Source: Octopus sinensis (Eukaryota). Taken from it: a stretch of 64,000 nucleotides of DNA. The first letter of the stretch is position 1, and each line of letters starts with the position of its first letter. The position numbers were made by a program, and so were the translations under genes. Shown here in pieces: positions 38,749-51,927 of this stretch. The notes beneath the pieces were generated by a model. It did not search any database. It was not told the DNA's origin and worked only from the letters and a program-made list of their open reading frames with translations. Location of the stretch: contig NC_042999.1 of the NCBI RefSeq assembly GCF_006345805.1, positions 161,758,001 to 161,822,000 of the forward strand. Direction: 5' to 3'.

Positions 38749-40699
38749 GAAAAAACTCTGTTAGCCCATGACCTCTTCAAAATATGGAGGGGGAAATGCC
38801 TCACTACTCAAAGGTAACAATTGGGGATTATCTCCCTTTGCTATTGGCTATCGACTCCTGGCTACTCCACTAAAAATATACCCACACCATCCAATGAGTT
38901 GTACACCCATACGCTGCTGGAAAAGATAATGGACGTGATTAGGCATATGAGGTGGAAAGTATTCTACTATAACCTAGGCACACCATCCCCAGAGAGCCAC
39001 AACTATGGAATTAGATCGAGAAGACACCCACCCAAAATCAAGGACCTCAAACCCTTTGAGGCGGACTTGTATGACATCATTCTCAAACTGAAATTCCATA
39101 ATGTTGGCCCAGAGTTTGTGTTGTAAGGAGCAAGATGCTCCTTCCATCACAAGCTCTGGGCCAACATTAAATTGTTAAAAAACTCAGATTGGTCCCTAAT
39201 CTTCTCTGATAAGACAAAAAACTTATATAGGATAGACAGCCTAGATTACGACAGACGACTAGAAAATAATATCACACAAAATTATAGGCATGCTTCCCCA
39301 CATACATATAACGAACCAATGAAGTGACCACATGGTTTAACACCAACAAAGGAAAAAGCAGAGCAAGGTTAACCCAGTTTAATATAGTCAACTTTTATCC
39401 ATCTATATCAAAAGGACTTCTGGCCAAGGCACTTTCTTTCATAGCAGATTCACTAACATTAGTGACAGAAATTTAGAAGTTATTTTGCATGCTAGAAAGA
39501 CACTACTGTTCAACAAAGGTTTGGCATGGGTCAAGCGATCTGACTTCATAGCAATAGGAGCCTATGACAGCACTGACATATGCGACCTCATTGGGTTGTA
39601 TATCCTAGATACCCTTAGCAATCCAACCCCATAGCAATGGGAGCCTGCAACAGTGTTGAAGTATGCCATCTCATTGGGTTGTATATCCTAGATACCCTTA
39701 GCAATCCAACCCCATAGTGATGGGAGCCTGCAACAGTGTTGAAGTATGCCATCTCATTGGGTTGTATATCCTAGATACCCTTAGGAAAAAGTTACCCTCT
39801 GTCCTCTTTGGCTTCTACAGAGATGACGCCCTGGCCATCTCTAGGGGGACAAGCAGGCATACACTAGGCAGGCTTAGAAAAGATCTAATCAGCACGCTTG
39901 CCACCATAGGAATTGAAAATCACTATAGAGACCAACCTCACAACCACAGACTTCTTACATGTCAAGCTCAACTTGGGCTCTGGTACATACAGGCCCTACC
40001 GCAAACTAAATGAGAGGCTAATGTATATCAGCACAGCCTCCTGCCACCCACCCTTCAAGTTCAAAAACCTGGTAAAGGGTGTTAATAAGAGGATCACAAA
40101 CCTTTCCTCCAACCTAGAGATTTTCAACACAGCCGGCCTGTACTATAACAAGGCCCTAGCTGCCAGTAGATTTAGGGACCAGATCTCCTACATGCTGGAA
40201 CCCAACAATTGCAGAAGGAAACACCACAGAAATACCACTTGGTTTGCCCTACCCCTTCTCTCTTAGCACAAAAATGCCAGTATGTAGAATATTCCTTAAA
40301 TTAATAGATAAGCATTTCACTAGCTCTCAGAGGTACGGGCCCATTTTCAACAGGCACAATGTTAGAGTCTCATTTAGCTGTGCCTCTAATATTAAAAGCA
40401 TCCTAGTTAGCACCTCTAAGCCACAGGAAGAGGCAGGATGTTCATGCAAGGACCACAACAGATGCCTGGTCGGAGGCCACAGCAAAACCAAAGAGGTCGT
40501 CTATCAAGCCAAAGTACTAGTAAACCCTAGCAATACCACTGGCAAAAGCAGTAGCAGCTGTAGACACAAGAACAGAACCATCAACAGCCCCACAGTTAAC
40601 AGCATTAGCAACAATAGCAATAACAGCCCCAGCAACAGAATTAGCAGTGTCCCCAACAGCAACAACACTAACAATATACTCAACATTTCCATTCCTTTG

Positions 40700-41130
40700 G
40701 ATGATTCTAAGACCTCCTAATGGGGCTTAACCCCCAAATTTTAGTCAAATTTCATGAACTAAAATTACTGAATGGATCCTGATGATGTTTGGAACTTAGA
40801 TTCAATGCATAAGGGTGGGTATAATGCAGTATGTTTGGTTTGAATTTGAGGGGGCTTAGAGGGGGCAGAACCCCATGAAAATTCATAAATTTACGATGTT
40901 GATGAAATTTCAACCATAGGTAATTGACACAAATCAAGAAGTATTCCCAAAGTTTCCGCTTCTCACGAGGATTCTAAGACCCCCTAATGGGGGCCTTAAC
41001 TCACAAATTTTAGTCATTTTTTTAATGATCAAAAACAAGGTCAAAAGTACTGAATGGATTTTTATGAAATTTGGAAATTATATTCTATGCATAAGGGCAG
41101 ATGTAATGCAGTATGTTTGAAAGTGGGTTG
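40700..41130 (-). mobile_element. H2-like internal repeat inserted in the PLE endonuclease
   Basis: Two diverged direct units (ttctaagacc..taatgggg...gcagtatgtttg) about 270 bp apart; breaks the PLE frame. Confidence 0.45.
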
Positions 41131-41987
41131 CCATCAACACCAGCATTACCAACAACTTCCCTAACGTCCACAGTAGCAGAACTGATAACCCCTATAGCAG
41201 CAGCAACAGGTCCAGTGCCACTGCCAGCTATAATGGCAATAACAGCAGCAGTAGCAACAGTGGCTCTAGCAGAAACACCAGTGAAACCACGGCTAATGAC
41301 ACCTCTAGCAGCAATGGCAGCTCTCTCACCAATGACGAGAATCACAACAATAACAACAGCAGTACCTTCACCATAACCGGCAGTGGCAATTCCATTACCA
41401 ACACCAGCACCACCCCCAGCAACACTAACGCCGGCAGTCCCAGCTCCAACAACAACAATGTTGGTGGCAGCAGTTACAACAACAATAGCAACACCTGCAG
41501 GTACAACACCGACAACACCCACCCACAGAGATACATTGGATGTTCTGGAAACTCCTTCAAGCAACGTCACTTCAACCACAGGTCTTCCTTCAGAGTTCCG
41601 GAAAGGAGATACATAACATTGCTGGCCAACCACATCTGGCAAATAAGAGACGATGGGATTCCATACTCAATCTCATGGAAAATCCTTGAGAACCCAGGCC
41701 CCTACATCAATGGGTTGAAGCATTGCAAGTTATGCATAGCTGAATGTACAAGAATCCTAAAAGACTTGCTCAAATCAAGGAACATCCTTAACTCCAGAAT
41801 GAAGATTTTTTGGGCAATGTTTACATTTCAGAAGGTTCCTGCTAGTATTTTGGAGCCCACAAGATGGTGGCACCACTGAAAGTCGATAGCCAATAGCAAA
41901 GGGAGATAATCCCCAATTGTTACCTTTGAGTAGTGATGCATTTCTCCCTCTATATTTTGAAGAGGTCATAGGCCAACAGGTTCTTTT

Positions 41988-42048
41988 GGGATCCAACGAT
42001 ACACCATAAAGCTAAACCTTTTATGGATGGGAAACCTAAGGGAATCCC
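41988..42048 (+). pseudogene. Degenerate hammerhead motif in the 3' PLE terminal repeat
   Basis: gggat CCAACGA ... GAAAC ctaag GGA atccc: same scaffold as 38705-38748 with core (CTGATGA to CCAACGA) and triplet (GTA to GGA) mutated. Confidence 0.6.
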
Positions 42049-42155
42049 ATAAACCGGCCTTCCCCATTTTTAAAATATACACTGCTCTACATCTTAGAGT
42101 GTGCTTCTTCTTTCGGATTTATGTTTTCTACAAATGATACATATATATATATATG

Positions 42156-42218
<63 letters not shown>

Positions 42219-42286
42219 GTGTGTGTGTGTATATATATATGTATATATATATGTATATATATATATATGTATATATACATATTTAC

Positions 42287-42690
42287 TAGCAGAAATACCC
42301 AGCATTGCCGTGTGACATGGAATTGAAGAATTAGACTTTTCTTTTATATTTTCTCTAATGAACCTATGATTCAAATTTCATCAAAATTGGAAATTAAGAA
42401 TTTTAATGGGGATTTTTTCCCTCTTTACACACCCTAACAAAAATTCTAATTATGATATATTTATCCCATACTACTCATCTTTATGCCCAGATTCCAAAAT
42501 CCAAATCTTATAAAACCCATTCAAAGGTTTTGCTCCTGAAAAATGGAGCACATGCAGCACATGGAGCACTAAAATGTGGGAGTTAAGGTCCCTATTAGGG
42601 GAGTCTTAAAGTCAACCAGAGAAGTTGAATTGTTGGGAATCTTTTTTTAACTTGTGTCTTATATCTATTGTTCAAATTTCTTTCAAAGCG
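42287..42690 (+). mobile_element. Second Helitron-like family (H2), decayed
   Basis: Starts ACTAGCAGAAATACCC; 42590-42680 resembles the reverse complement of 40905-40992. Confidence 0.4.
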
Positions 42691-42959
42691 GAATTATATG
42701 AATGTTCACTGGGTTTGTAAAAGAGAGCTAAGCTAGAGGAAACCAAAAGACTAGAGGAAACCAAAACAGTCAGCTACCCTACCCTAGTCATTACCACTCC
42801 CCAATGTAGGATTCCTCACCATTCAGGTGACAGGCACAGCCGTAAGATTACGAATCTATAGCAATTGGAAGTGTGTGACCCAACTGAAATAAACATTAAC
42901 AACTGTGTGACATGAGGACTAAGGAGAAATGAAAGTGTCACCTCTGGTGTTTGCCAATG

Positions 42960-44419
42960 ATCACTATGCTGATAGATAACTGAACAGAAAAAATTTGCAA
43001 TCTGTAAATCTCTTTGAATAACCAGTCACTCATCTGGGAAGGCCTTGAAATCAATGTTACCATCTGGGGACTATCTCTGACCCAGTGATAATAAAAAGAC
43101 TCAAAGGAGGTCTGCAACCAAATAACTTTACTGAAAATAACACTTTGCAACCAAATCAGTGGAGGCAAAGATGCCTCTCCTTTACTTGACAATTTATGCA
43201 CCACATTGCAGCAATCACAATTTACATATATCTCAAAGTATAAGAGATCATGGAATGCTATGTCACAAACTGTGTGATCTTGGCATAGTTGGAAAATTAG
43301 GAGAGTGGCTTCATGACTTTCTGAAGGATAGAAGTCAGGTGGTAGTAGCCAGTGGGGCCACTTCCACTAACATGCAAACAGTGAGCGGTGTTCCGCAGGG
43401 CACTGTTTTGGGACCACTAATGTTCATAATGGCCCTCTCAGACATGCCCTCAGCCATGCAGAGAGCCACGATCACAAGTTATGCAGATGATACAAAAGTT
43501 TCACAGGTAATACTGAACACTGAACACACTATGCACCTGCAATGTGAGCTGGACAAAATATACAAGTGGGCTGAAAAGAATAGCATGCAGTTCAATGCTG
43601 AAAAGTTTCAAGCTTTATGCTATCAGCATGCAAAACTAAATGCAATACCTAATAAATACACTGGACCTGGAGGGATTGCAATCCCAGAGGCACTATCAGT
43701 GCGAGACCTGGGTATCTGCATGAGTGATGATGCAAACTTTCATGTGCATGTTGCTAAATTGGCAATGAAATGTAGGCGGCTGACTGGATGGATTCTTAGA
43801 GCCTTTAGAACAAGAGACCAGGAAACCATGATGGTCCTCTGGAGGACACTAGTCCTAAGCCACTTTGACTATTGCTCTCAGCTATGGTCACCAATCAGTG
43901 TCAAGTTAATCACAGAACTTGAGGCGATCCAACGAAGCTACACGAAGAAGATAGCCTCTGTGCAGCATATAAGCTATTGGGAAAGTCTCAAGAGGTTAAG
44001 ACTATTCCTTAGAGCGTAGGGGAGAAAGATATGCCATAATATACATCTGGAAGATCCTAGAAGGACTTGTCCCAAACTTTGGCATCGAGAGTTACACAAA
44101 TGCCAGAACTGGGCGCCCCTGCATAGTGCCAAGGACTCCAAATTTGCCATCAAGATGTAGGACAAGATACTGTGATAGCCTGGGCTTCCAAGGCCCACAG
44201 CTCTTCAATATCCTCCCAAGAACCTAAGAGACCTGCATGGGGTGGATGCAGATGTCTTTAAAATGAAACTGGATCTCTTCTTGTCAGGTATCCCAGATGA
44301 ACCAACTTCATGGCAGGAGGTGCAGATGAGGGCAGCTGCATCGAACTCTCTTATGCACCAAATGGCGGTGCCCCAGCATGGCCACAGCTAGTGAGCTGAA
44401 ACTAGATAAATAAATAAAA

Positions 44420-44420
<1 letters not shown>
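42960..44420 (+). mobile_element. CR1-group LINE, 3' part of RT
   Basis: SGVPQGTVLGPLMF, SYADDTK, FNAEKFQ, VRDLGI, HFDYCSQLWSP; A-rich tail. Confidence 0.85.
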
Positions 44421-44471
<51 letters not shown>

Positions 44472-44516
44472 TATATATATATAAGTATGTATGTATTTAT
44501 ATGATATATATATATA

Positions 44517-44928
44517 TACTCTTTTACTCTTTTACTCTTTTATTTGTTTCAGTCATTTGACTGCGGCCATGCTAGAGCACCGCCTTTAGTCTAGCAAATC
44601 GACCCCGGGACTTATTCTTTGTAAGCCCAGTACTTATTCTATCGGTCTCTTTTGCCGAACTGCTAAGTAACGGGGATGTAAACACACCAGCATCGGTTGT
44701 CAAGCAATGCTAGGGGGACAAACACAGACACACAAACTCACACACACACACACATATATATACATATATACGACAGGCTTCTTTCAGTTTCCGTCTACCA
44801 AATCCACTCACAAGGCATTGGTCGGCCCGGGGCTATAGTTGAAGACACTTGCCCAAGGTGCCACGCAGTGGGACTGAACCCGGAACCATGTGGTTGGTTA
44901 GCAAGCTACTTACCACACAGCCACTCCT
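44517..44928 (-). mobile_element. SINE family A
   Basis: Family match; inside (TA)n. Confidence 0.9.
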
Positions 44929-45547
44929 ATATATATTTTAGAAACAATGTTGTAGCCCATGACATGATAAGCCTTCTAACAATGACTGTCACGAGAAGCC
45001 TCTTTTTTGATTTGTATGTTGATGTTTGGTCAGGAATTGAACTCCCAAGGGTAGAAGTGAAAGTGTGTTGACAGGCTCATGATTAAAGAGAGTGGGTAAA
45101 TAAAGTTTTCTTTATCAGTGAAACGGTCATTTTTTGGATGCAGCACAGAATACTTGTTTGTATGGCTGCTCCATTTTGCTGGACATGTGAATAGTACTCT
45201 ATAGTGCAACACACTTGTACTGCTTCTTATATGGCAAACAATGTCTTCACAGCAGAGATAAATTTTGGCTCTGATATAAAAGCCCATTTATTATGCAGTC
45301 TTGGCCATTTTATAGATGTGTGGTCACTATGAACCACCATGAATAATTGTGAGGCCAAGTATATACAAAGAGTGCAAAAGTTTTAGAACTGTTATCTTTT
45401 GTTCCTTTAGTCTTTGAAGGAAAACCTTGTTCGACATCTTAATTCACTGCTCATGAAACTCAAACCTATTTAATTTGATATTCATTTCACAGCTATGTCA
45501 GTATAATTTCTTGATAGGCATAATGACTATGTTTTAGTGTTGTTGAA

Positions 45548-45905
45548 TGACATCATCATCATCATCATTGTTCGACCGTGGTCGAGACAATGGAATTTAC
45601 CATGCTACGCTAGACTTCACGGTCCATCATGGCATTACGGAGGTCCTGTTGCTGGATGCCTGTATCCCTGGAGATTACATCAGGGTAGGAGAGTGGGTGT
45701 TTGTTTGGTGTTGTTTGGTTGGGAGCTGACTCTTCTCCATCAAGTGATACCCGTCTGTTAAGATTGAGGGCATCACCGTCAATGGATGCCCTTGGAGGTG
45801 CAACGTGATCAGAGACAGGACCCGGCAAAGCAGGGGCTGGACCTACATCCGCAGGTATACCATTAGGTCTGGTTCCCTGGCAAATTGGTCTCAGTGTCAC
45901 TATTC
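45548..45905 (-). mobile_element. Third RTE family, 3' end
   Basis: LSYPDVISRDTGIQQQDLRNAMMDREVWR-type C-terminus, (GAT)n tail. Confidence 0.75.
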
Positions 45906-46576
45906 ACAGACATATCTAATGTGAAGTGCCCAAGTTTACACCTAGATGATATTAGTGTGTGATTTAAAGGTGAAAGAAGCTATGAAGAAGCATATTCAAC
46001 AATAGTTTAACCTTGATTGAGAAAATCTGGTCAAAAACACTTCAGTCATTCCTATCCTATCCTATCTATCCTATCCTATCCTATCCTATCCTATCCTATC
46101 TTTTATATCCTATCCTATCCTATCTTTTATATCCTATTCCTATCCTATCCTATCTTTTATAACAGGCACTGCATTGTCCAACATATCCTTCTTTCAGGGG
46201 GTTGAACAGAATTTGAGAGAATTTGGGCTTTTTGTAATTTTGTTTGTACTATGATATAGAGGCTCTTTTGTTGACTGGTTGGATGTGTATGTATGAAGTA
46301 AGAGTGAGAAGGCCATCATTGTAGAGAACAGAAAGTGTGGGAGGCATAAATGAATTTAGTTTGCAGTTAATTATTCATCAATTTAGTTTGTACCACAATT
46401 TGTAAACAATAGTGGTTTTCGTTCTTGATGTCCAATGTTCTCAAGATTTCCCATTGTCAGAGTGACAAAGAAGTGTCTAACTCAATAAAACAATTATCTC
46501 AAAGGACTTCATTCATGAAGCCTTTCTGTTTTGCCTTTCTCACTGACTCATCTTGCACTGTTACACTGATATATAT

Positions 46577-46803
46577 GGCGGCGAGCTGGCAGAAACGTTA
46601 GCACGCCGGGCGAAATGCGTAACCGTATTTCGTCTGTCGTTACGTTCTGAGTTCAAATTCCGCTGAGGTCGACTTTGCCTTTCATCCTTTCGGGGTCGAT
46701 AAATAAAGTACCAGTTTCGCACTGGGATCAATGTAATCGACTTAATCCCTTTATTCTTGTTTGTCCCCTCTATGTTTAGTCCCTTGTGGGCAGTAAAGAA
46801 ATA
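46577..46803 (+). mobile_element. SINE family B
   Basis: Family match. Confidence 0.85.
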
Positions 46804-46893
46804 TATATTTGCAAAGAATATGCACAAGCACCACACACACACACATACAAACACACACACACCCACATACACACACACACACACACACACACA

Positions 46894-46934
<41 letters not shown>

Positions 46935-48630
46935 ACAGATGTACATATATGTATGCACTTAAAAGGTTTCTGTACAGTTTCTGCCATGCAAATTACACGC
47001 ACAAAGTATTAGTTACCCATCAAAGCTATAATATAGGACACTTGCTCAAGATGCTTACTATGCAGCAGGATCAGACTCAAACCTTCATGTTGGAAAGGAA
47101 ATCCCTTAAATTCCTAGCCATGCCTAAATTCATGTTGGTAACATAGTTTTTTTTCTCGTGTGTGTTTGTGTGCGTGCACATGTGTCTTTCTAGATGAGGT
47201 TTGTACAGCAAGAGTGTATATGTGCATATGACAGTAAATGCATGTTTCCAAATATCTACATATGTGCATGTGTTTGTGTATATACAACAATAATATTAAG
47301 GAATGGCCTTGATAGGTCATTCGACTCACTAAAACGAGCAGCCAAACTCAAACCGCTAAATAGTAGTAATTCAGAAATCAAAAGAAAATTAAAAACATTT
47401 ACCCTTATCATCTTTGGACTATGCATAGTTTCGACGTACATTTTGGCAAACCAGCTTAATTAAATTAAATTAAATTTAATCAAGTCAATTTACCACTGGC
47501 CAGTCTCATCGGCAAAGAAGTCAGGGGGAATATATATTCCACAAGGCAACAGCATCGATGCCTCGGGAATATACATTATATAGTCTGTTGACTAATGTTT
47601 GTGTATATATGTATAGACCCATTCACTCAATCATGTACACTGATGAACCAGACATAGACTCGATGTGTAGTCAGTTGACCAACTGAAAATAGCAGCCAAT
47701 TCTCCCTCAAACCACTCACTGCCATCTTATATACAGACGTGTATACTGGACAATGTAGTCTCTGATATAAAAAATGATGGAACAATCATAACCTTTGATT
47801 TTAAGTCTGTTCAGTTAGGGTTGATCTGGTGCTAAAACTACAATTTACATAAAGTCAGTGATATAATTTAGTGTTGATGTCCAAACAAGAACAGGTTTTC
47901 ATCATAAACATATATTCTTTTACATTATTTGCTTGTGTATTTGAACACATATATAAACATGCATACGCATAATACTTCACTTAAAAGTGAAGCACTTCAG
48001 TCAGTTTACAATTATAACATACATACACACACACATGGTGGCTGTCCCCTCGCTATCGAGTATGGCCATTGCACGAAGCTTAATCAATGTTGTTATCGTG
48101 CAATGCCTGTGCAAGAAGATTTTTTTTAAGTGAGGAAAGGCTGTGCACTGAGTCAATCCCACTCACTAAGCAACAACAGCCATAATCCGAAAAGAAGAAC
48201 AAGTCAACATTATCGGTAACCACTGAGCCGCAGGTTTTATATCGGAGTTATCCCAGTTGCCTGAGTTACCTTCTCCTAGAAGGATGCCCTAACAAAGGCT
48301 AGGAGTCCTTCACTCCCAATGGTTTAACCGCGCAATCGGGTATTCAGTCCGATTATTTCTATGTCCCCGCGCATGATACTGCCTTAAGGCATTTATTGGA
48401 TGGCCATTGACTCTCAAGAGTTCCTCCGCCCTTTGACGGGTTTTGTTTTTCATCCTGCAGGGTGTCCAATAAACACCCTCCTCACTAAGCGAGCTTGGTG
48501 GGGTTGCCGGTTTAGTCACCAACGACCCGACCATGCAACAGGTAGTTCTGGGTTACATGTTACCAGTAGCACTCAAAAGTGACCTGACATACACATACAC
48601 ATACATTCATACATACATACATACATACAT

Positions 48631-48677
<47 letters not shown>

Positions 48678-49162
48678 TACATACATACATACATACATAC
48701 ATACATACATACATACATACATACATACATACATACATAAGTGTGTATGTGTGTAACAATGGACAACTTAGGATAACTATGAATAACTTAAGATTACTAT
48801 GGACGTCTGTTTTGAAAAGGATAACTATGGATAACTACTTTAAAACCAACATCCTATATTATCTAGATTATAAATTCACATTTATACCACTTCGCTTTGT
48901 GAGTAAATGCTAAAGTGACAGTGTGGGTTAGCTAGGGTTTTCAGAAAAAGAAATCAAGCAACTAACTTGCACATTACAAATACAATCTGTAAGTGGAACA
49001 GTAGAAATATTCAAGACTTTTCTCAAGTTCAAAGTATGACATTGTTTCATAATCTACATTCTAACACTAGAACTTTATATCTCTGTTAGAAACCAGCTCC
49101 TTCCTTAGAAGATGAATTTATATAAATGTAAAGAGAATAGGGCATCCACATGCATGCATACA

Positions 49163-49387
49163 TATTTCTGTACTACCCACAAGGGGCTAAACACAGCTAA
49201 ACAAGGACAGACAAACGGATTAAGTCGATTATATCGACGCGAGTGCGTAACTGGTACTTAATTTATTGACCCCGAAAGGATGAAAGGCAAAGTCGACCTT
49301 GGCGGAATTTGAACTCAGAACGTAACAGCAGACGAAATACGGCTACGCATTTCGCCCGGCTTGCTAACGTTTCTGCCAGCTCGCCGC
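49163..49387 (-). mobile_element. SINE family B
   Basis: Family match. Confidence 0.85.
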
Positions 49388-50350
49388 TGTCATACATACA
49401 AACCTACATACCTACATACATCACACACTTGAAGTGATAAGTCACGTAGTTGACATGAGAGTCTATTGAAAATATGATGAATGCTATCTCCAGCTTTGAA
49501 GCCAAACTATCAGCTTTGTTAAATAACTGGCTAATCTTCTTTAGAAAATTAACTGGGGGAACCTTTTATACAAGATCATAATGATTTTTCAACTGAAACT
49601 TGAACTGGCTGGACGCAACAACCACAACACAACTCAGAAACAGAATGAAAACAGCAGCTCAGCATGTAAACAGATTATTTCTAGCCATAGCTATAAGAAG
49701 AAACTGTAACAACAAAACACATTTTCATTGTAGCTATGAATTGAATGCTGATTTATTTAACTGTTATAAAAGAGCAAAGCAAAACACCACTGTTGGAATA
49801 TGAACAGATTGAAATCATACTGAGACAGTCTGCACCCAGGACTACATCATTTTACTGCAAAACAATTACACCAACAACATTTGTGGAACTTAGGAAGAAA
49901 GTTGGTGAATGTAACTTCATTAATCATTTAGTGTTCGCATTATTCTGCCAAAATTAATCCTTTTTTATCCACATTGTCTTGAATTAATCATGCATTATCT
50001 TGTAGCTATGAGATTTTGATGAGGTGGCTGTTAATTTTTAAAACAATATTGTAGGGTTGGTGTGAGAGACCAGATCTGGCCAGTTTAAGCATAGTTTAAA
50101 TGCTAAAGGGTTAAATAAAGATCTGAAATTAACCTTCTCCCAAACAATATAAACAAAAACATGGACAATGTTGGAACACCATGTGGTTTTGCAGTTAGTT
50201 ACATTCCAACATATCTTATACTTACTGCCTGCCAGTCAAACTACATTGTAGGCTAAAATAACAAACCACTGTCCCTTTACTACGACTATGGTAAATAGCA
50301 AGCACAACTGTAACGATTATTGTAGTAGTAGTAGTAGTAGTAGTCAAAAA

Positions 50351-50670
50351 CTCAGTGGTTAGAGTGTCGAGTTTACGATCGTGAGGTTGTGAGCTCGAAT
50401 CCCGGACCGGGCTGTGTGATGTGTTTTTGAGCAAGATACTTTATTTCACGTTGCTCCAGTTCACTCAGCTGTAGAAAAGAGTTGCGACGTCACAGGTGCC
50501 AAGCTGTACCGGCCTTTGTCTTTTCCTTGGATAACACTGGTGGCGTGGAGAGGGGAGGCTGGTATGCATGGGTGACTGCTGGTCTTCCATAAACAACCTC
50601 GCCCGGACTTGTCTAGGAGGGTAACTTTCTAGGTGCAATCCCATGGTCTGTGTCGTGACCGAAGGGGGTC
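50351..50670 (+). mobile_element. SINE family D
   Basis: tRNA-like head plus family D body and tail. Confidence 0.85.
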
Positions 50671-50789
50671 TCCGAGTAGTAGTCAGGGTTATATAGCAGT
50701 GAAGTATGCCCTTACTAAAATGTTTCAAGAAAAATTAACTTTGGCTTTGAAGCTCTCTACCAAAGTAACCAAAAGACCATTAGATGGAA

Positions 50790-51900
50790 TTAAACGTTAA
50801 TGAAATTAGAGAGGAGTATTTAAAACAGTGTAATGAACCCTCATTCTTTGCAGATTAACACCTGCAAAGCTGTATGTGAGTGAAGTTCAAGAAGTAAACA
50901 AAACTGGAACAATGAAGAAAGTGTCATCAGAGAAAAAGATAGCTGATTTATGGGAGATCATCAGCCGTGTGTCAATGCTTATTTGTGTGCAAACAAGCAA
51001 ATCACTACAGGTCTCACCAACAAGAAGTAAAGAAGGAGATAGAAGTGATGTTTGGAGATAGCAAAAAAAGAACGCTCACTTGCAAACTGATCATCCTCAA
51101 GCAGGAGCTAAAAGCTGTCAGTGAGAGATTCTGACACCGGAAGAGAATAACCAGGAGAAAAACAATAAACAAAAATTTAACCAGAACCAGACAACAGTGT
51201 ACAGAGACATGAAAGGAGAAGCAGTGAACATCACAGAAGTCCTTCATGAAAAGACAAAGACTACTTCTGGGGGAAAATTTGGAGTGAAGAGATGGAATTT
51301 AACCAAGATGCTCTGTGACTGGAAGAAAATCGAAGTTATTGTCCCTACATTAGACCCAAAACATACAGCATTGATGGTGGTACCCTTATGACTGTAATCC
51401 AGAAACTTCAGGATGGAAATGCACCTGGAAGAGACTTCATTGTTGGATACTGGTACAAAAAGCTTACCTTATACCAGCCATACATCATCACAGTATTATC
51501 TACTGATGAGGCATGATGTTATAGCTAAGACACTGTATAACGAAATCTGTTGAAAGGTCAACCCTGAGACCCAAAGAAATAAGAAGCCATAGTCATTCAT
51601 AATGAAAAAAGGTACTGGTAGAATGTCTCAGTGCAAACCTCAATAAGATATAAACATCACAGACCTGATGCAGTGATTTGGGATACGAAAGAGAAACTAT
51701 GTACTGTTGTGAGAATCAGCTGCCCTGCAGATGTTAACATAATGATCAGTGGAAAAGAAAATACCTTCTCTGAATTATTGAGAAATCTACAGTTACTTTA
51801 TCCAAATTACAATTTCAGGTTTATATGTGTAATTATTGGGGAACTGGTATATGTAACTGCTATACTGTTGATCCTTGGCCTCTTGTATGTTGTCATCTGC
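50790..51900 (+). mobile_element. Decayed R4/Dong-like LINE with internal deletions
   Basis: VYRDMKGE, and HHRPDAVIWDTKEKLCTVVRISCPADVN...LYPNYNF restriction-like endonuclease motif. Confidence 0.65.
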
Positions 51901-51927
51901 ACTATAATATTCTTGTTGCCACTATTA

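Larger units (their letters stand above)
38691..42138 (+). mobile_element. Penelope-like retroelement (RT + GIY-YIG), decayed, with inverted terminal repeats; Naiad-like by inference
   Basis: Frame-disrupted motifs RHMRWKVFYY, IFSDKTKNLYRID, IVNFYPSIS, MGAYD...LIGLYIL, YRDDAL, YRPYRK...SCHPP, CSCKDHNRC...VVYQAKV, RYIGCSGNSFKQRH, LANHIWQI, CKLCIAE. 38691-38856 is an inverted copy of 41881-42061; both ends abut (TA)n. Confidence 0.9.

Noticed and set aside
41085-41642. 185-aa Val/Ala/Gly-rich minus ORF and Thr/Ala/Pro-rich plus ORFs (41113, 41383)
   Set aside because: Alternative frames of the low-complexity tract; the frame continuous with YIG is 41121-41879.
48500-48590. Possible HDV-like ribozyme (GGTCACT/GGTGACT P1 with G-U wobble, minus strand)
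   Set aside because: No P3/L3 consensus and no GG for P1.1 after the P1 3' strand.
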